From Streptosporangiaceae bacterium (lineage in GTDB: Bacteria > Actinomycetota > Actinomycetes > Streptosporangiales > Streptosporangiaceae), in the NCBI GenBank assembly GCA_035765195.1, contig DASTYC010000026.1:170684-234683 (forward strand): a stretch of 64,000 nt of DNA, in the 5' to 3' direction. Shown piece after piece: positions 29,782 to 40,114 of this stretch (the first letter of the stretch is position 1; the number at the start of each line of letters is the position of its first letter). Under the pieces are notes generated by a model. It saw only the letters and a list, made by a program, of their open reading frames with translations. It was not told the DNA's origin and made no database searches. Made by a program: the position numbers and the translations under genes.

Positions 29782-29949
29782 GGTGCCCCCGCCGCCCGCC
29801 GACGTCGCGCGCTGACCGGCCATTCGGTCATCGAGTTGTGTCACATGACATATAAGTTCTGGCCGGATGCGGAAATAATTGGGTGCCCCGAATCATGCAT
29901 TTTTCCATTTCTTCCGGTCTCGGCCGAGCAGTGACTTCGCGATTTCCAG

Positions 29950-31203
29950 ATGTCCGATGGAGGCGGTGTGTCACTCGTCGAACGCTTCGTCATCGGCGTC
30001 GATATTCAACGGTTCAGTTCGCGGGTGGTCCGCGCGCAGATGCTGCTGCAGCGCGAATTGAACAGGATCCTCGACGCCGCCGCAGAGGAGGCGGGAATCA
30101 GCCGCTCCCGGTGGATCTGCCGGGCGGAGGGCGACGGAGAGGTGGCCGCGCTGCCCGCCGACGTGGACCTGCTCGCCGCGGTGCGGAAATTCGTGACGGA
30201 ACTCGACACGCGGCTCGCCGATCACAATGAGGACCACAGTCCGAAAACGCGGATCCGGCTGCGTGTGGCGATGCATATGGACACCCTCATCGAGGGCGAC
30301 CTCGGTTACGCCGGTGCGGCCTTCGTCGTGCTGCGGCGGTTGCTTGATTCCACTCCGGTGCGCGATGCCCTCCGGCGCGACCCCGAAGTCAACCTCGCCC
30401 AGATAATCTCCGCTTCGCTCTTCGAGAAGGTCGTCGTGCCGGAGCTCGGCGGACTGCGACCGCGGCAGTTCCAGGAGGTCTTAGTAGACCTCCCGGCAAA
30501 AGACTTCCGGCAGACCGCCTACCTTTACGTCCCCGGCGCCCACGCCGGCCGGCTCAGTCATCCGCGGGTCGCGGCCGCCCCGCGGCTCACGCCCGCGGCG
30601 CAGCCGGGCTTTCCATGGCCCGTCCCGAAGGTCGCCGCGGGGACGCCCGGCAGGCGGCCGCCGCCGGGGCCGCCGAAATCATCCGTCCACCAGCCACCGG
30701 AGTCTCCTCCTCCTTCGGTCGTCGTCAACCCGGCGGCCCGCGCGCACCTCGAGGAACTCGCCAAGAGCCTCGAAGCGGGCCACGTCGAACGTGCGGACAC
30801 GCTCACCACGGCGGCGCTGCTCGCCGCGGTGGAACGGGCGGACCGGGGCTGGTTGCGAGCCGCGGACGGACCGCGACTGCCGGCGGAACTGCTCACCGAG
30901 GTGGACCGCCTCTGGGCACGGTTCTCCGGCGACGCGTGGGGCTTTCGCGCACAGCGCGCCCGGCTCGCGCGGCGCGGGTTGTCCGGCGCCGCCGACTTCC
31001 TCAAGATCTCGCTCGCGTTCGGCTGGCGCCGATCCGAGGAGGAGATGATCCCGCGCTACGCGGAGTTCATCGCACGCGCGGATCGCGGCGCGGCGTTCTT
31101 TCCCACGTTGCGCAACCCGGAACGCGAGCACTTTCCCGAATGGCACGACGAATGGTCGGCGACGGTGCGTTCCGTGCACGCCGGGCTACGGAGCCAGGAG
31201 TGA
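29950..31203 (+). CDS. hypothetical two-domain protein: N-terminal class-III nucleotidyl-cyclase-like domain, Pro-rich linker, C-terminal GUN4-like domain
   Basis: The N-terminus matches the cyclase homology domain in three places, at the correct spacing: VIGVDIQRFS, RAEGDGEVAAL and RIRLRVAMHMDT. The C-terminus has a GUN4-like LWARFSGDAWGFRAQ...SLAFGW. An alternative GTG start at 29968 has a better RBS. Confidence 0.55.
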   Translation: MSDGGGVSLVERFVIGVDIQRFSSRVVRAQMLLQRELNRILDAAAEEAGISRSRWICRAEGDGEVAALPADVDLLAAVRKFVTELDTRLADHNEDHSPKTRIRLRVAMHMDTLIEGDLGYAGAAFVVLRRLLDSTPVRDALRRDPEVNLAQIISASLFEKVVVPELGGLRPRQFQEVLVDLPAKDFRQTAYLYVPGAHAGRLSHPRVAAAPRLTPAAQPGFPWPVPKVAAGTPGRRPPPGPPKSSVHQPPESPPPSVVVNPAARAHLEELAKSLEAGHVERADTLTTAALLAAVERADRGWLRAADGPRLPAELLTEVDRLWARFSGDAWGFRAQRARLARRGLSGAADFLKISLAFGWRRSEEEMIPRYAEFIARADRGAAFFPTLRNPEREHFPEWHDEWSATVRSVHAGLRSQE

Positions 31204-31207
31204 CGCC

Positions 31208-32794
31208 ATGTGGATCGTGATCTTCTTCTTTCTCGTGCTCCTGGCCGCGGCCGGATATCTGGGGGTCACCGGAGCGCGCGTCGTTCCGGCGGGACATGTC
31301 GGCATCGTCACCCGCCGGTACGGGCTCCGGCAACCCGACGACCGCTATACAGTGAGCTTCCGCGGCGGGGCGGGACCCCAGGCGTCGGTCCTGCGGGCGA
31401 ACACGCTGTACTGGCGGCCCCGTTACCTGTTCACGATCGAACATGTGCCGCTGACGCACGTCCCCAACGGCACGATCGGGGTGGTGGTGGCCAAGGCGGG
31501 AGCCATTCGTCCGGCCGGAAGCCCCATGGCGAAATACGTCGAGTGCGATCATTTCCGGGACGGGGCCAGGTTCTTGCGCGCGGGCGGCGAGCAGGGGCGT
31601 CAGCAGCAGGTGCTGACGAGCGGCTTCTACGAGATCAACTCGGAGCTGTTCGACGTGATCACGGTGGCGACGCCCGAGCGCGCCGCCGCGGAGGGGCTGA
31701 CCGTCCACGATCTTCAGGAGATCACGATTCCCATCGGCGAGGTCGGGGTGGTCATCACCCACATGGGAGCCCGGCCCGAACAGGACCGCATGTCGGTGGG
31801 TCGTTACGTGCCGGGCCATTCGAGCTTCCAGGAGCCGTGGCTGTTCCTTGCCGGCGACGGTCAAAAGGGCGTGCAGGCCGAGACCCTCGACGAGGGCGGT
31901 CACTATGCGATCAACCCCTGGTTCGCCCACGTCGTGCGCATCCCCACCCGGGTCCTGATCCTGGAGTGGACCAAGGACAAGAAGGCGGCCAGCAACCTGG
32001 ACATCTCGCTCGACCAGATCGTGCTCGACGTCCAAGGCCACACGGTGCGGCTGGACATGAAGCAGACCGTGCAGATCACCCCGGACGCCGCTCCCCGCCT
32101 GGTGCGCCGGTTCGGCGATCCCGGCGGCACCGGGCACTCCTTCGGACGCACGCCGGTCCAGCAGTTCGTCGAGAAGGAACTGGCCTCCACCGTCGCGTCG
32201 TACTTCCGCAAGATCTCCGCCAGGTACCGGATCCAGGAGTTCATCACCAAATACGACGAGGTCGGCGCCGAGCTCGCCGGCGAGGTGCGCCAGGCCCTGT
32301 CCGTCACGGGCGTGCGGGCCGTCAGCACATCGCTCGATGAGTTCGTGTGCGACGAGCCGCAGATCAACGCCATCCGCCGCGACATCGCGCTCCAGCAAGA
32401 GCGGGTGAAGCTGGAACAAGAGCGCCTCGCCGAGCTCAAGGCCCACCAGGTCAACGAGGCCGTCAACGCCGAGATCGAACTACAGCGGATCAACGTCGAG
32501 GAACAGCGCAGGAAGCTCGAACACCTCGAACTCCAGATGCTCGTCGATCTCCTCGGCGCCGACCACGTCCAGATGGAAAGAGTGCTCGCCCAGTGGGTGA
32601 AGGCGGACGTCCCCCAGATCATCACCGGCGCGGGCGGCGACCTCGCGGAAACGATGCTCCAGGTGATGCCCTTCGCGCAGGCCCGCGACATGCTCTTGGC
32701 CATGGCCCGCAAGCGCGAGACCGGCGTCGCGGCCGCCGAGTCCCGCGAGGCGATCGGGGAGGTGCCCGACGGTCACGACTCAGTCAACACATGA
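31208..32794 (+). CDS. flotillin-like SPFH/band-7 membrane protein
   Basis: N-terminal TM helix, SPFH domain, then a long coiled-coil (EQERLAELKAHQVNEAVNAEIELQRINVEEQRRKLE). The start is 5 nt after the upstream stop, with RBS AGGAGTGA. Confidence 0.85.
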   Translation: MWIVIFFFLVLLAAAGYLGVTGARVVPAGHVGIVTRRYGLRQPDDRYTVSFRGGAGPQASVLRANTLYWRPRYLFTIEHVPLTHVPNGTIGVVVAKAGAIRPAGSPMAKYVECDHFRDGARFLRAGGEQGRQQQVLTSGFYEINSELFDVITVATPERAAAEGLTVHDLQEITIPIGEVGVVITHMGARPEQDRMSVGRYVPGHSSFQEPWLFLAGDGQKGVQAETLDEGGHYAINPWFAHVVRIPTRVLILEWTKDKKAASNLDISLDQIVLDVQGHTVRLDMKQTVQITPDAAPRLVRRFGDPGGTGHSFGRTPVQQFVEKELASTVASYFRKISARYRIQEFITKYDEVGAELAGEVRQALSVTGVRAVSTSLDEFVCDEPQINAIRRDIALQQERVKLEQERLAELKAHQVNEAVNAEIELQRINVEEQRRKLEHLELQMLVDLLGADHVQMERVLAQWVKADVPQIITGAGGDLAETMLQVMPFAQARDMLLAMARKRETGVAAAESREAIGEVPDGHDSVNT

Positions 32795-32861
32795 CAATTC
32801 ATCTATCGCCCGTCGCCGTAGTATGAATGTTTTGTGCTGAGCTTGCGTTTGCCGCAACCGG

Positions 32862-32871
32862 TCTGATCAGA
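32862..32871. promoter_or_regulatory. 10-bp perfect palindrome TCTGATCAGA about 40 bp upstream of the PaaX-like regulator start
   Basis: Read directly from the sequence. It contains a GATTC-like PaaX half-site and may be an auto-operator. Confidence 0.3.
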
Positions 32872-32910
32872 TTCGGGCTCATGAGCGATGCGTTCGCTAC
32901 GCTCGGGGGC

Positions 32911-33936
32911 ATGTCGGGTTCCCAACCGGATTCCCCTTTCGCGGAGCCTCTCGACGCCGGCGGCCTGGATGTGTCACCCGGCGGCATGGCGCAGCGGCCG
33001 CCGCGGCTGCTGCTCACCCTGCTCGGGGACTACTGGTGGCAGCAGACCGAGCCGCTGCCGTCGGCGGCGCTGGTGGCGCTGCTCGCCGAGTTCGGCGTGA
33101 GCGACTCCGCGGCCCGCGCCGCGTTGAGCCGGCTGACCCGCAATCGGCTGCTCGTCACCTCCAAGAGCGGGCGGCGGACGTTCGTCCGGCTCAGCGATCG
33201 GGCCGCACGGATCCTCGACGAGGGGGCCCGCCGCATCTTCTCCTTCGGCAGCACGACGCGGCCGTGGGACGGGGCGTGGAGCCTCGTCGCGTTCTCGATC
33301 CCCGAGCACAACAGGTCGGCCAGAGACGCCCTGCGCAAGCAGTTGCGGTGGCTCGGTTTCGCGCCGCTGTACGACGGCGTGTGGGTCTCGCCGCGCGACC
33401 ACGCGACCGAGGTCGTGCAGCGGCTCACCGAGCTCGGCATCACGACCGCGACCGCCTTCCGCGCCACCACCGCCCCCGGCATCAGCCTCGAGGGGCTGCC
33501 CCAGCGCGCCTGGGACCTGGAGAACCTCCAGGCGAAGTACGACCACTTCATCGCCTCCGCCGCCGCGCTGCGCGACCGGATCCTCGCCGGCCAGGTCTCC
33601 CCCGTCGCCGCGCTCGTCGCCAGGACCCAGGTGATGGACGAGTGGCGCGCCTTCCCCGGCCTCGACCCCGACCTGCCGAACGAGCTGCTGCCCGCCGCCT
33701 GGCCGCGCAGCGCCGCGCGCGAGCTGTTCATCACCACCTACGACCTGCTCGGCCCGCTGGCCGCCCACCGGGTCCGGCAGATCATCGCGCGGTACGCGCC
33801 GGGGCTGGCGACCGCGGCGGCCTACCACAGTTCCGACGCGACGATCGTGCCCGACGAGCAGGCGGCCCGTCCCGGCCGCGACGCCCGGCCGCACGCCCGC
33901 GCCCGGTCGGGCGCGGCGGTGCGCAGCCCTTCGTAG
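32911..33936 (+). CDS. PaaX-family transcriptional regulator
   Basis: PaaX N-terminal winged-helix pattern (LLLTLLGDYWW...ALVALLAEFGVSDSAARAALSRL) and PaaX C-terminal domain pattern. Confidence 0.75.
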   Translation: MSGSQPDSPFAEPLDAGGLDVSPGGMAQRPPRLLLTLLGDYWWQQTEPLPSAALVALLAEFGVSDSAARAALSRLTRNRLLVTSKSGRRTFVRLSDRAARILDEGARRIFSFGSTTRPWDGAWSLVAFSIPEHNRSARDALRKQLRWLGFAPLYDGVWVSPRDHATEVVQRLTELGITTATAFRATTAPGISLEGLPQRAWDLENLQAKYDHFIASAAALRDRILAGQVSPVAALVARTQVMDEWRAFPGLDPDLPNELLPAAWPRSAARELFITTYDLLGPLAAHRVRQIIARYAPGLATAAAYHSSDATIVPDEQAARPGRDARPHARARSGAAVRSPS

Positions 33937-33967
33937 GCTCGCCGCGACCGGGCACGGGCGTCCGGAG

Positions 33968-36232
33968 TCACCTGGGGGCGATGGTGAACGACGAGGTCAG
34001 GCCGCCCTCGGAGGAGGCACCGGCGTAGACGTTGATCTGGCCGGGCTCCACCACGAACTTCCCGTCGTTGCCGTAGAAGCCGACGCTGTCGCGGTCGATC
34101 CGGAACCGCAGGGTCTGCGACGCCCCGGGGGCGAGCGTCACCCGCTGGAAGCCGACCAGCCGCTTGACCGGCTGGGCGATCGTGGCGACCGGATCGTTGA
34201 CGTACAGCTGCACGACCTCGTCGCCGGCGCGCGAGCCGGTGTTGGTGACGGTGACCGACGCGGTGACCGCGCCGTTCGGTCGCATCGTGCCCGCGCTCAG
34301 CGAGAGGTCGGACAGCCGGAACGAGGTGTAGCTGAGGCCGTGCCCGAACGGGTAGAGCGGCGAGCTGGACCCGTCCGCGTACTTCGATGTCCACTTCGAG
34401 TTCGGGTCCTCGGGGCGGCCCGTCCGGGTGTGGTTGTAATACAGCGGCACCTGACCGACGTAGCGCGGGAAGGTCACCGGCAGCTTCGCGCCCGGGTTGA
34501 CCTTGCCGAACAGCACGTCCGCCACGGCGTTGCCGGTCTGGATGCCGCCGAACCACGCTTCCAGGATGGCCGGGGACGCGTCGTGCGCCGCCGGGATGGT
34601 GAGCGGCCGGCCGTTGACCAGCACCACGACGAACGGCTTGCCCGTGGCCTTGACCGCGTCGATGAGCGCCTGCTGCCGGCCGGGCAGGTCGATGTTCTGC
34701 CGCGAGGCGGCCTCGCCGCTCTGCCCGGACGCCTCGCCCACGACCACCACGGTGACGTCCGCGTCGTCGGCGGCGTCCTTGACGTCTTCGAATCCGGGCT
34801 CGGTGGGCTCGGGGCAGTTGTTGACCGGCGTGTCGAAGCCGTCGCCGGTGATGGCGCAGCCCGGCGTGACCGTCACGTCCGCGTTCGGCACGGCGCCGCG
34901 GATACCGTCGGCGACGGTGACGACGTCGCCGCGCCGGCCGATGCCCGACCACGGGCCGAGCAGGTCGTCGGAGTCGGCGAGCGGACCGACCACCGCGATC
35001 TTCGACACGGAGGTGGACAGCGGCAGCGCGCCGTTGTCGTTCTTCAGCAGCACCATCGACCGCGCCGCGGCGGCGCGGGCGGCCGCGACGTCGGCGGGCC
35101 GCATCGTCTTACCGGGGACCGCCGCCTCGTCGACGAACGGGTGCTCGAAGATCCCGGCCTTGAACTTCACCCGGAGCACGTTGCGCACCGCGTCGTTGAC
35201 GCGGCTCATGGACACCTTGTGCTCGGCCAGTAGCTGTTTGCCGGTGGTGGCGATGTTGGTGCTGACCATCTCCATGTCGAGCCCCGCGTTCAGGGCCACG
35301 CGCGCGGCGTCGGCGCCGTCGGCGGCCACTCCGTGCGGGATCAGCTCCTGCACGGCGGTGTAGTCGCTGTCGATGAGGCCGCGGAAGCCCCATTCGCCGC
35401 GGAGGATCTCGGTGAGCAACTGGCGGCTGCCCGTCGCCGGCACCCCGCCGACCGTGTTGAACGAGGTCATGACGCCGTCGGCGCCCGCCTCGACCGCCGC
35501 CTTGTACGGCGGCAGGTAGAGGTTGCGCAGCGCGGACTCGGAGATGTCGACCTGGTTGTAGTCGCGGCCGCCCTCCGCCCCGCCGTACGCGGCGAAGTGC
35601 TTGACCTCGGCCATCACCTTGTCGGGCGCGCCGTAGTCCCTGCCCTGCGCGGCCCGGACCTTGGCGGCGGCCATCACCGCGCCCAGGTAGGGGTCCTCGC
35701 CGGAGCCCTCCGCGATGCGGCCCCACCGCGGTTCGTGGGAGACGTCCACCATCGGGGAGAAGATCTGCTTGATGCCCACGGCGGCCGACTCGCGCGCCGC
35801 CACGGTGTAGTCGGCGGTCGCCACGGCCGGGTCGAAGCTGGCGGCCTCGGCCAGCCCGATCGGGAAGGTGGTCCGGAAGCCGTGGATGGTGTCGTACCCG
35901 AACAGGATCGGGATGCGCAGCCGGGAGCCCTCCATCGCCAGCCGCTGGATCTGGTTCACCTGGGCCGCGTCGGTGACGCCGAAGACGGCGCCGACCTTGC
36001 CGGCCTTGGCCGCCTCCTGGACGTCGGTGCCGCCGCCGACCATCTGCTGCAGCTGCGCGAGCTTCTCGTCGGTCGTCATCTTGGCCAGCAGCGCGTTGAC
36101 CTTGGACTCGATGTCGGCCGCTTTGCTCGACGCGACGGCGCCGCCGCTGCCCGGGATCATGGCGGCCAGGGCGAGCGCGCAGGCGGAGACGATCACCGTC
36201 AGCGCGCGCGATCTCGCGGACCTTATATGCAT
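33968..36232 (-). CDS. secreted glycoside hydrolase family 3 beta-glucosidase (BglX-like)
   Basis: Signal peptide, GH3 N-terminal and C-terminal domain patterns (KHFAAYGGAEGGRDYN, GFRGLIDSDY) and a fibronectin-like C-terminal domain. RBS GGAAAGGGAAGCC before the second ATG. Confidence 0.9.
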   Translation of the reverse strand: MHIRSARSRALTVIVSACALALAAMIPGSGGAVASSKAADIESKVNALLAKMTTDEKLAQLQQMVGGGTDVQEAAKAGKVGAVFGVTDAAQVNQIQRLAMEGSRLRIPILFGYDTIHGFRTTFPIGLAEAASFDPAVATADYTVAARESAAVGIKQIFSPMVDVSHEPRWGRIAEGSGEDPYLGAVMAAAKVRAAQGRDYGAPDKVMAEVKHFAAYGGAEGGRDYNQVDISESALRNLYLPPYKAAVEAGADGVMTSFNTVGGVPATGSRQLLTEILRGEWGFRGLIDSDYTAVQELIPHGVAADGADAARVALNAGLDMEMVSTNIATTGKQLLAEHKVSMSRVNDAVRNVLRVKFKAGIFEHPFVDEAAVPGKTMRPADVAAARAAAARSMVLLKNDNGALPLSTSVSKIAVVGPLADSDDLLGPWSGIGRRGDVVTVADGIRGAVPNADVTVTPGCAITGDGFDTPVNNCPEPTEPGFEDVKDAADDADVTVVVVGEASGQSGEAASRQNIDLPGRQQALIDAVKATGKPFVVVLVNGRPLTIPAAHDASPAILEAWFGGIQTGNAVADVLFGKVNPGAKLPVTFPRYVGQVPLYYNHTRTGRPEDPNSKWTSKYADGSSSPLYPFGHGLSYTSFRLSDLSLSAGTMRPNGAVTASVTVTNTGSRAGDEVVQLYVNDPVATIAQPVKRLVGFQRVTLAPGASQTLRFRIDRDSVGFYGNDGKFVVEPGQINVYAGASSEGGLTSSFTIAPR

Positions 36233-36448
36233 GGCTTCCCTTTCCATGACGCATGACGAGGTCTCTCCTCCACCTGGCCGCGGCGGGGGCGGCCCCGGCC
36301 CCCGAGCCGGAGAGGATCAACAACGTACGCCCTCAGAACGGGACGTCAAGGTCATGTAGGCCGACATGCGACATCGCGGATCGGCCGGCGGCGCCGTCGA
36401 CGGAACCCGGCGGGCCGGCCGGGGCCGCGCCCCGGCCGGCCGAACGCG

Positions 36449-37261
36449 TCAGGCGCGGGACTCCTCAAGGGCACGCCGGACCAGGACGCGGGCGAGGTGC
36501 TCGCGGAAACCGGGATCGGCGTTGAGGTCGGCCGGCGGCTCGGTGCCCTCGGCCGCCTGCTGCGCCGCCTGGTCGACCGGCGCGCCGTCGGCCAGCGCTC
36601 GCTCGACCGCCCTCGCGCGCAGCGGCGTCGCGCCCATGTTGATCAGCGCGACCGCGTCGCCCTGCACGGCAACGCCGACGATCGCCCAGTCGATGGCCCG
36701 CTTGGTGAACTTCTGGAACGACCAGCCGGCCGCGGCGGGCTTGGGCACCCGGATCTCGGTCAGCAGCTCGTCGGGCTCCAGCGCGGTCTCGAACAGATCC
36801 TGGTAGAACTCCGCCGCCGGGATCTCGCGCGTGCCGCCAGGTCCGCGCGCCACCAGGGTGGCCTCCAGCGCCAGCACGACCGCGGGCAGGTCGGAGGCCG
36901 GGTCGCCGTGCGCGAGCGAGCCGCCGATCGTACCGCGGTGGCGCACCTGCGGGTCCCCCACCTGGCCTGCGGCGTGCGCGAGCAGCGGCAGCTCGCGGGT
37001 GAGCAGCGCCGAGTTCTCCAGGTCGTGGTGGCGGGTGAGCGCGCCGATCGCGACGGTGTCGCCCAGGTCGCGGATGAACGACAGCTCGCGCACGCGGCCG
37101 ATGTCCACGACCACCTCGGGCACCGCCAGGCGCATCTTCATCAGCGGCAGCAGCGAATGGCCGCCGGCGAGCAGCTTGGCCTCGTCGCCGTGCTCGCCGA
37201 CGAGCACGACGGCGTGGTCGGCCGACTCGGCCCGCCGGTAGGTGAACGTTGCCGGGATCAT
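36449..37261 (-). CDS. xanthine dehydrogenase / CO dehydrogenase family FAD-binding medium subunit
   Basis: 270 aa, FAD-binding PCMH pattern ([15 protein letters not shown]). ATGA overlap with the small subunit stop. Confidence 0.85.
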   Translation of the reverse strand: MIPATFTYRRAESADHAVVLVGEHGDEAKLLAGGHSLLPLMKMRLAVPEVVVDIGRVRELSFIRDLGDTVAIGALTRHHDLENSALLTRELPLLAHAAGQVGDPQVRHRGTIGGSLAHGDPASDLPAVVLALEATLVARGPGGTREIPAAEFYQDLFETALEPDELLTEIRVPKPAAAGWSFQKFTKRAIDWAIVGVAVQGDAVALINMGATPLRARAVERALADGAPVDQAAQQAAEGTEPPADLNADPGFREHLARVLVRRALEESRA

Positions 37262-37722
37262 GCGCCCTCCTCGGCGGCGGCGAGCACGGCGCGCACGATG
37301 TTGTGGTAGCCGGTGCACCGGCACAGGTTGCCTTCCAGCCCGGTGCGCACCTGCTCCTCGGTCGGATGCGGGTTCTCCTTGAGCAGCGACACCGCGGCCA
37401 TCACCATGCCGGGCGTGCAAAAGCCGCACTGCAGGCCGTGCTCGGCCTGGAACGCCCGCTGCATCGGATGCAGTTCGCCGTCCGGGCTCGCCAGGCCCTC
37501 CACCGTCGTCACCTCGGCGCCGTCGGCCTGGGCGGCGAGCACGGTGCAGGACTTGACCGATTCGCCGTCGAGCAACACGGTGCACGCGCCACAGGAGGTG
37601 GTGTCACAGCCGATGTTGGTGGCGGTGAGATTCGCGCCGTCGCGCAGGAAGTGCACGAGCAGCGTCCGGTCCTCGACGTCCTCCTGGATCTTCTCGCCGT
37701 TGACCGTGATGGTCACCTTCAC
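37258..37722 (-). CDS. (2Fe-2S)-binding small subunit of the molybdoenzyme
   Basis: Two [2Fe-2S] Cys clusters ([11 protein letters not shown] and [10 protein letters not shown]...CRCTGY). GTG start in a GTGA overlap with the large subunit stop. Confidence 0.85.
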   Translation of the reverse strand: MKVTITVNGEKIQEDVEDRTLLVHFLRDGANLTATNIGCDTTSCGACTVLLDGESVKSCTVLAAQADGAEVTTVEGLASPDGELHPMQRAFQAEHGLQCGFCTPGMVMAAVSLLKENPHPTEEQVRTGLEGNLCRCTGYHNIVRAVLAAAEEGA

Positions 37723-39992
37723 TGTCCCGCCCTCGCTTCGTTGATCGCCGTCCACACGCGCTGGGGCGTGGTCGGCATGTCGATGTGGCGTACCCCGAGA
37801 TGGGCGACGGCGTCCACGACGGCGTTCTGCACCGCCGGCGTCGCCCCGATCGTGCCGGCCTCGCCGATGCCCTTCACGCCCAGCGGGTTGAGCGGCGTGG
37901 GCGTCGCCATGTCCACCAGCTCGAAGCTCGGCAGCTCCGTCGCGGTGATGAACGGGTAGTCGACGAGCGTGCTCGTGACCGGGTTGCCGTCCGAGTCGTA
38001 GAGCACCTCCTCGAGTAGCGCCTGGGCGGCGCCCTGCGCGATGCCGCCCTGCCGCTGTCCCTCGGCGAGCACAGGGTTGAGCACCGGGCCCGCGTCGTCG
38101 ACGGTCACGTGCCGCACCAGCCGGACCTTGCCGGTCTCGACGTCGGCCTCCACGACCGCGACGTGCGCGCCGAACGGGAACGTCGACTTCGGCGAGGTGA
38201 AGTGCACGTCCGCGGCGAGCCCGTCGGGACCCGCCAGCCGGGCGAGCCGCCCCCAGTCGAGCCCGATGTCGGGAGTGCCGCGCACCCGCCACACGCCGCC
38301 GGCGACGTCGAACTCCAGGTCGGCCTTGTCCGCCTCGAGCTCATCGGCGGCGAGCTCCCTCGCCCGCTCCTTCACGTTGACCGCGGCCTGATGGACGGCG
38401 GTGCCGCCGAGCTGCAGCGACCGGGACCCGAAGGTGCCGATGCCGACGGGGATCGCGTCGGTGTCGCCGTGCCGGACCGTGATCTTGTCCATCGGGATGC
38501 CCAGCTCGTCCTGCACCAGCATCGCCCACGCGGTCGCGTGCCCCTGGCCGTGCGGCGAGCTGCCGGTCAACACGGTCACCGTGCCGTCGTCGTGCACCTC
38601 CAGCCGCGCCGTCTCGCCGATCTCCGGGACGCCACCGGTGATCTCCACGTACGTGGACAGCCCGACGCCGAGCTGGACCGGGCCGCCCTGCTCGCGGCGG
38701 CGGGCCTGCTCGGCACGCAGCTCGTCGTAGCCCGCGGCCGACAGCACGCGGTCGAGCGCGGCCGCGTACTCGCCCGTGTCGTACTCCATCCCGCCCGGCG
38801 TGGTGTAGGGGAACTTGTCCGGTGCGATGAAGTTGCGGCGGCGGACCTCGGCGGGGTCCATTCCGATCTCGGCCGCGAACATGTCCACGGCCCGCTCGAC
38901 CGCGGCCGTCGCCTCGGGCCGCCCGGCGCCGCGGTAGGCCGCGACCGGCGTGGTGTTGGTGACCACGACCTGGAAGCCGGCCTCGACGTGCGGGATGTCG
39001 TAGACGCCGCTCGCCATCGTCTGGGTCAGCGTGGCCAGCAGCGTGGCCATCCGCGGGTAGCCGCCCGCGTCCTGGATGACGCCGAGCCGGTACGCGGTGA
39101 TCCGGCCGTCCCTCGTGCCGCCGATCTTGATGGCGTGCCGTTGGCCGCGGCCGTGGGTCATGCCGACGAGGTTCTCGCTGCGCGTCTCCACCCAGCGGAC
39201 CGGGCGTCCCGTCCGCCGCGCCGCCCAGGCCACCGCGATCCCGTCGCGATCCGCGCCGATCTTGGCGCCGAACCCGCCGCCCACGTCCGGGGTGATCACT
39301 CGGACCGCGGCGGGCTCGAGGCCGAGGGCGCCGGCGATGGCGTCCCTCGCCCAGTGCGCGTTCTGGGTGCTCACCCACACCGTGAGCCGCTCGTCGGCCC
39401 ACGCGGCCGCGGCGGCCCGGGTCTCCAGCGGCGCGGGCGCGACCCGCTGGTTGACGATCGTCCGCTCCACCACGACCTCGCAGTCGGCGAAGGCGTCGTC
39501 GCCGGAACCGTCGCCCCCGCCGGAGGCGACCACGTTCGACCCGGACTCAGGGAACAGGAGCGTCTCGCCGCGCAGCGCGTCGTCGATGTCGATCACGGCG
39601 GGGAGCGGCTCGTAGTCGACGCTCACCAGCTCGGCCGCGTCCTCGCCTTGGTAGCGGCCGTCCGTCACCACCAGCGCGACCGGCTCGCCGACGTAACGGA
39701 CCGTGTCCGTGGCCAGCAGCGGCTCCGCGTTCGGGTTGTCGGGCGGCGCCGGCAGCTCGGCGGCGGCGTCCTGGCCGGTCAGCACGGCGACCACGCCCGG
39801 TTCGTCCTGGGCGGCGGAGACGTCGATGCCGGTGATCCGCGCGTGCGCGTGCGGGCTGCGCACGAACGTGGCGTACGCCGCGCCGGTCAGCAGGGGTTCG
39901 CGCAGGTCGTCGGTGTAGGTGCCGCCGGCGGTCAGCAGCCGCGGATCTTCGACCCGGACCACCCGGGTCCCCATGATGCTCACTCTGCCCAA
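37719..39992 (-). CDS. xanthine dehydrogenase family molybdopterin-binding large subunit (CoxL/XdhA-like)
   Basis: About 750 aa, Ald_Xan_dh_C and Mo-cofactor-binding domain patterns ([16 protein letters not shown]...YTDD). The start is at 39992 or at the Met at 39974. Confidence 0.85.
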   Translation of the reverse strand: MGRVSIMGTRVVRVEDPRLLTAGGTYTDDLREPLLTGAAYATFVRSPHAHARITGIDVSAAQDEPGVVAVLTGQDAAAELPAPPDNPNAEPLLATDTVRYVGEPVALVVTDGRYQGEDAAELVSVDYEPLPAVIDIDDALRGETLLFPESGSNVVASGGGDGSGDDAFADCEVVVERTIVNQRVAPAPLETRAAAAAWADERLTVWVSTQNAHWARDAIAGALGLEPAAVRVITPDVGGGFGAKIGADRDGIAVAWAARRTGRPVRWVETRSENLVGMTHGRGQRHAIKIGGTRDGRITAYRLGVIQDAGGYPRMATLLATLTQTMASGVYDIPHVEAGFQVVVTNTTPVAAYRGAGRPEATAAVERAVDMFAAEIGMDPAEVRRRNFIAPDKFPYTTPGGMEYDTGEYAAALDRVLSAAGYDELRAEQARRREQGGPVQLGVGLSTYVEITGGVPEIGETARLEVHDDGTVTVLTGSSPHGQGHATAWAMLVQDELGIPMDKITVRHGDTDAIPVGIGTFGSRSLQLGGTAVHQAAVNVKERARELAADELEADKADLEFDVAGGVWRVRGTPDIGLDWGRLARLAGPDGLAADVHFTSPKSTFPFGAHVAVVEADVETGKVRLVRHVTVDDAGPVLNPVLAEGQRQGGIAQGAAQALLEEVLYDSDGNPVTSTLVDYPFITATELPSFELVDMATPTPLNPLGVKGIGEAGTIGATPAVQNAVVDAVAHLGVRHIDMPTTPQRVWTAINEARAGQ

Positions 39993-40114
39993 CCTTTCCG
40001 CTCAACCTCGGGCATTCGGGGTCTCGTAGGTTTATGTGGCGTGATCAGACCACATGGATGCTTGAAACGGCAATCAATCATCGGCAATCCACCTGTTCAT
40101 AGCAGTGATCCGGG

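Noticed and set aside
29950-32794. Cyclase plus membrane protein pair as a Pycsar antiphage system
   Set aside because: The downstream protein is a flotillin/SPFH scaffold without a cyclic-nucleotide-binding domain or TIR/TM effector architecture. The cyclase is fused to a GUN4-like domain. It does not fit the Pycsar definition.
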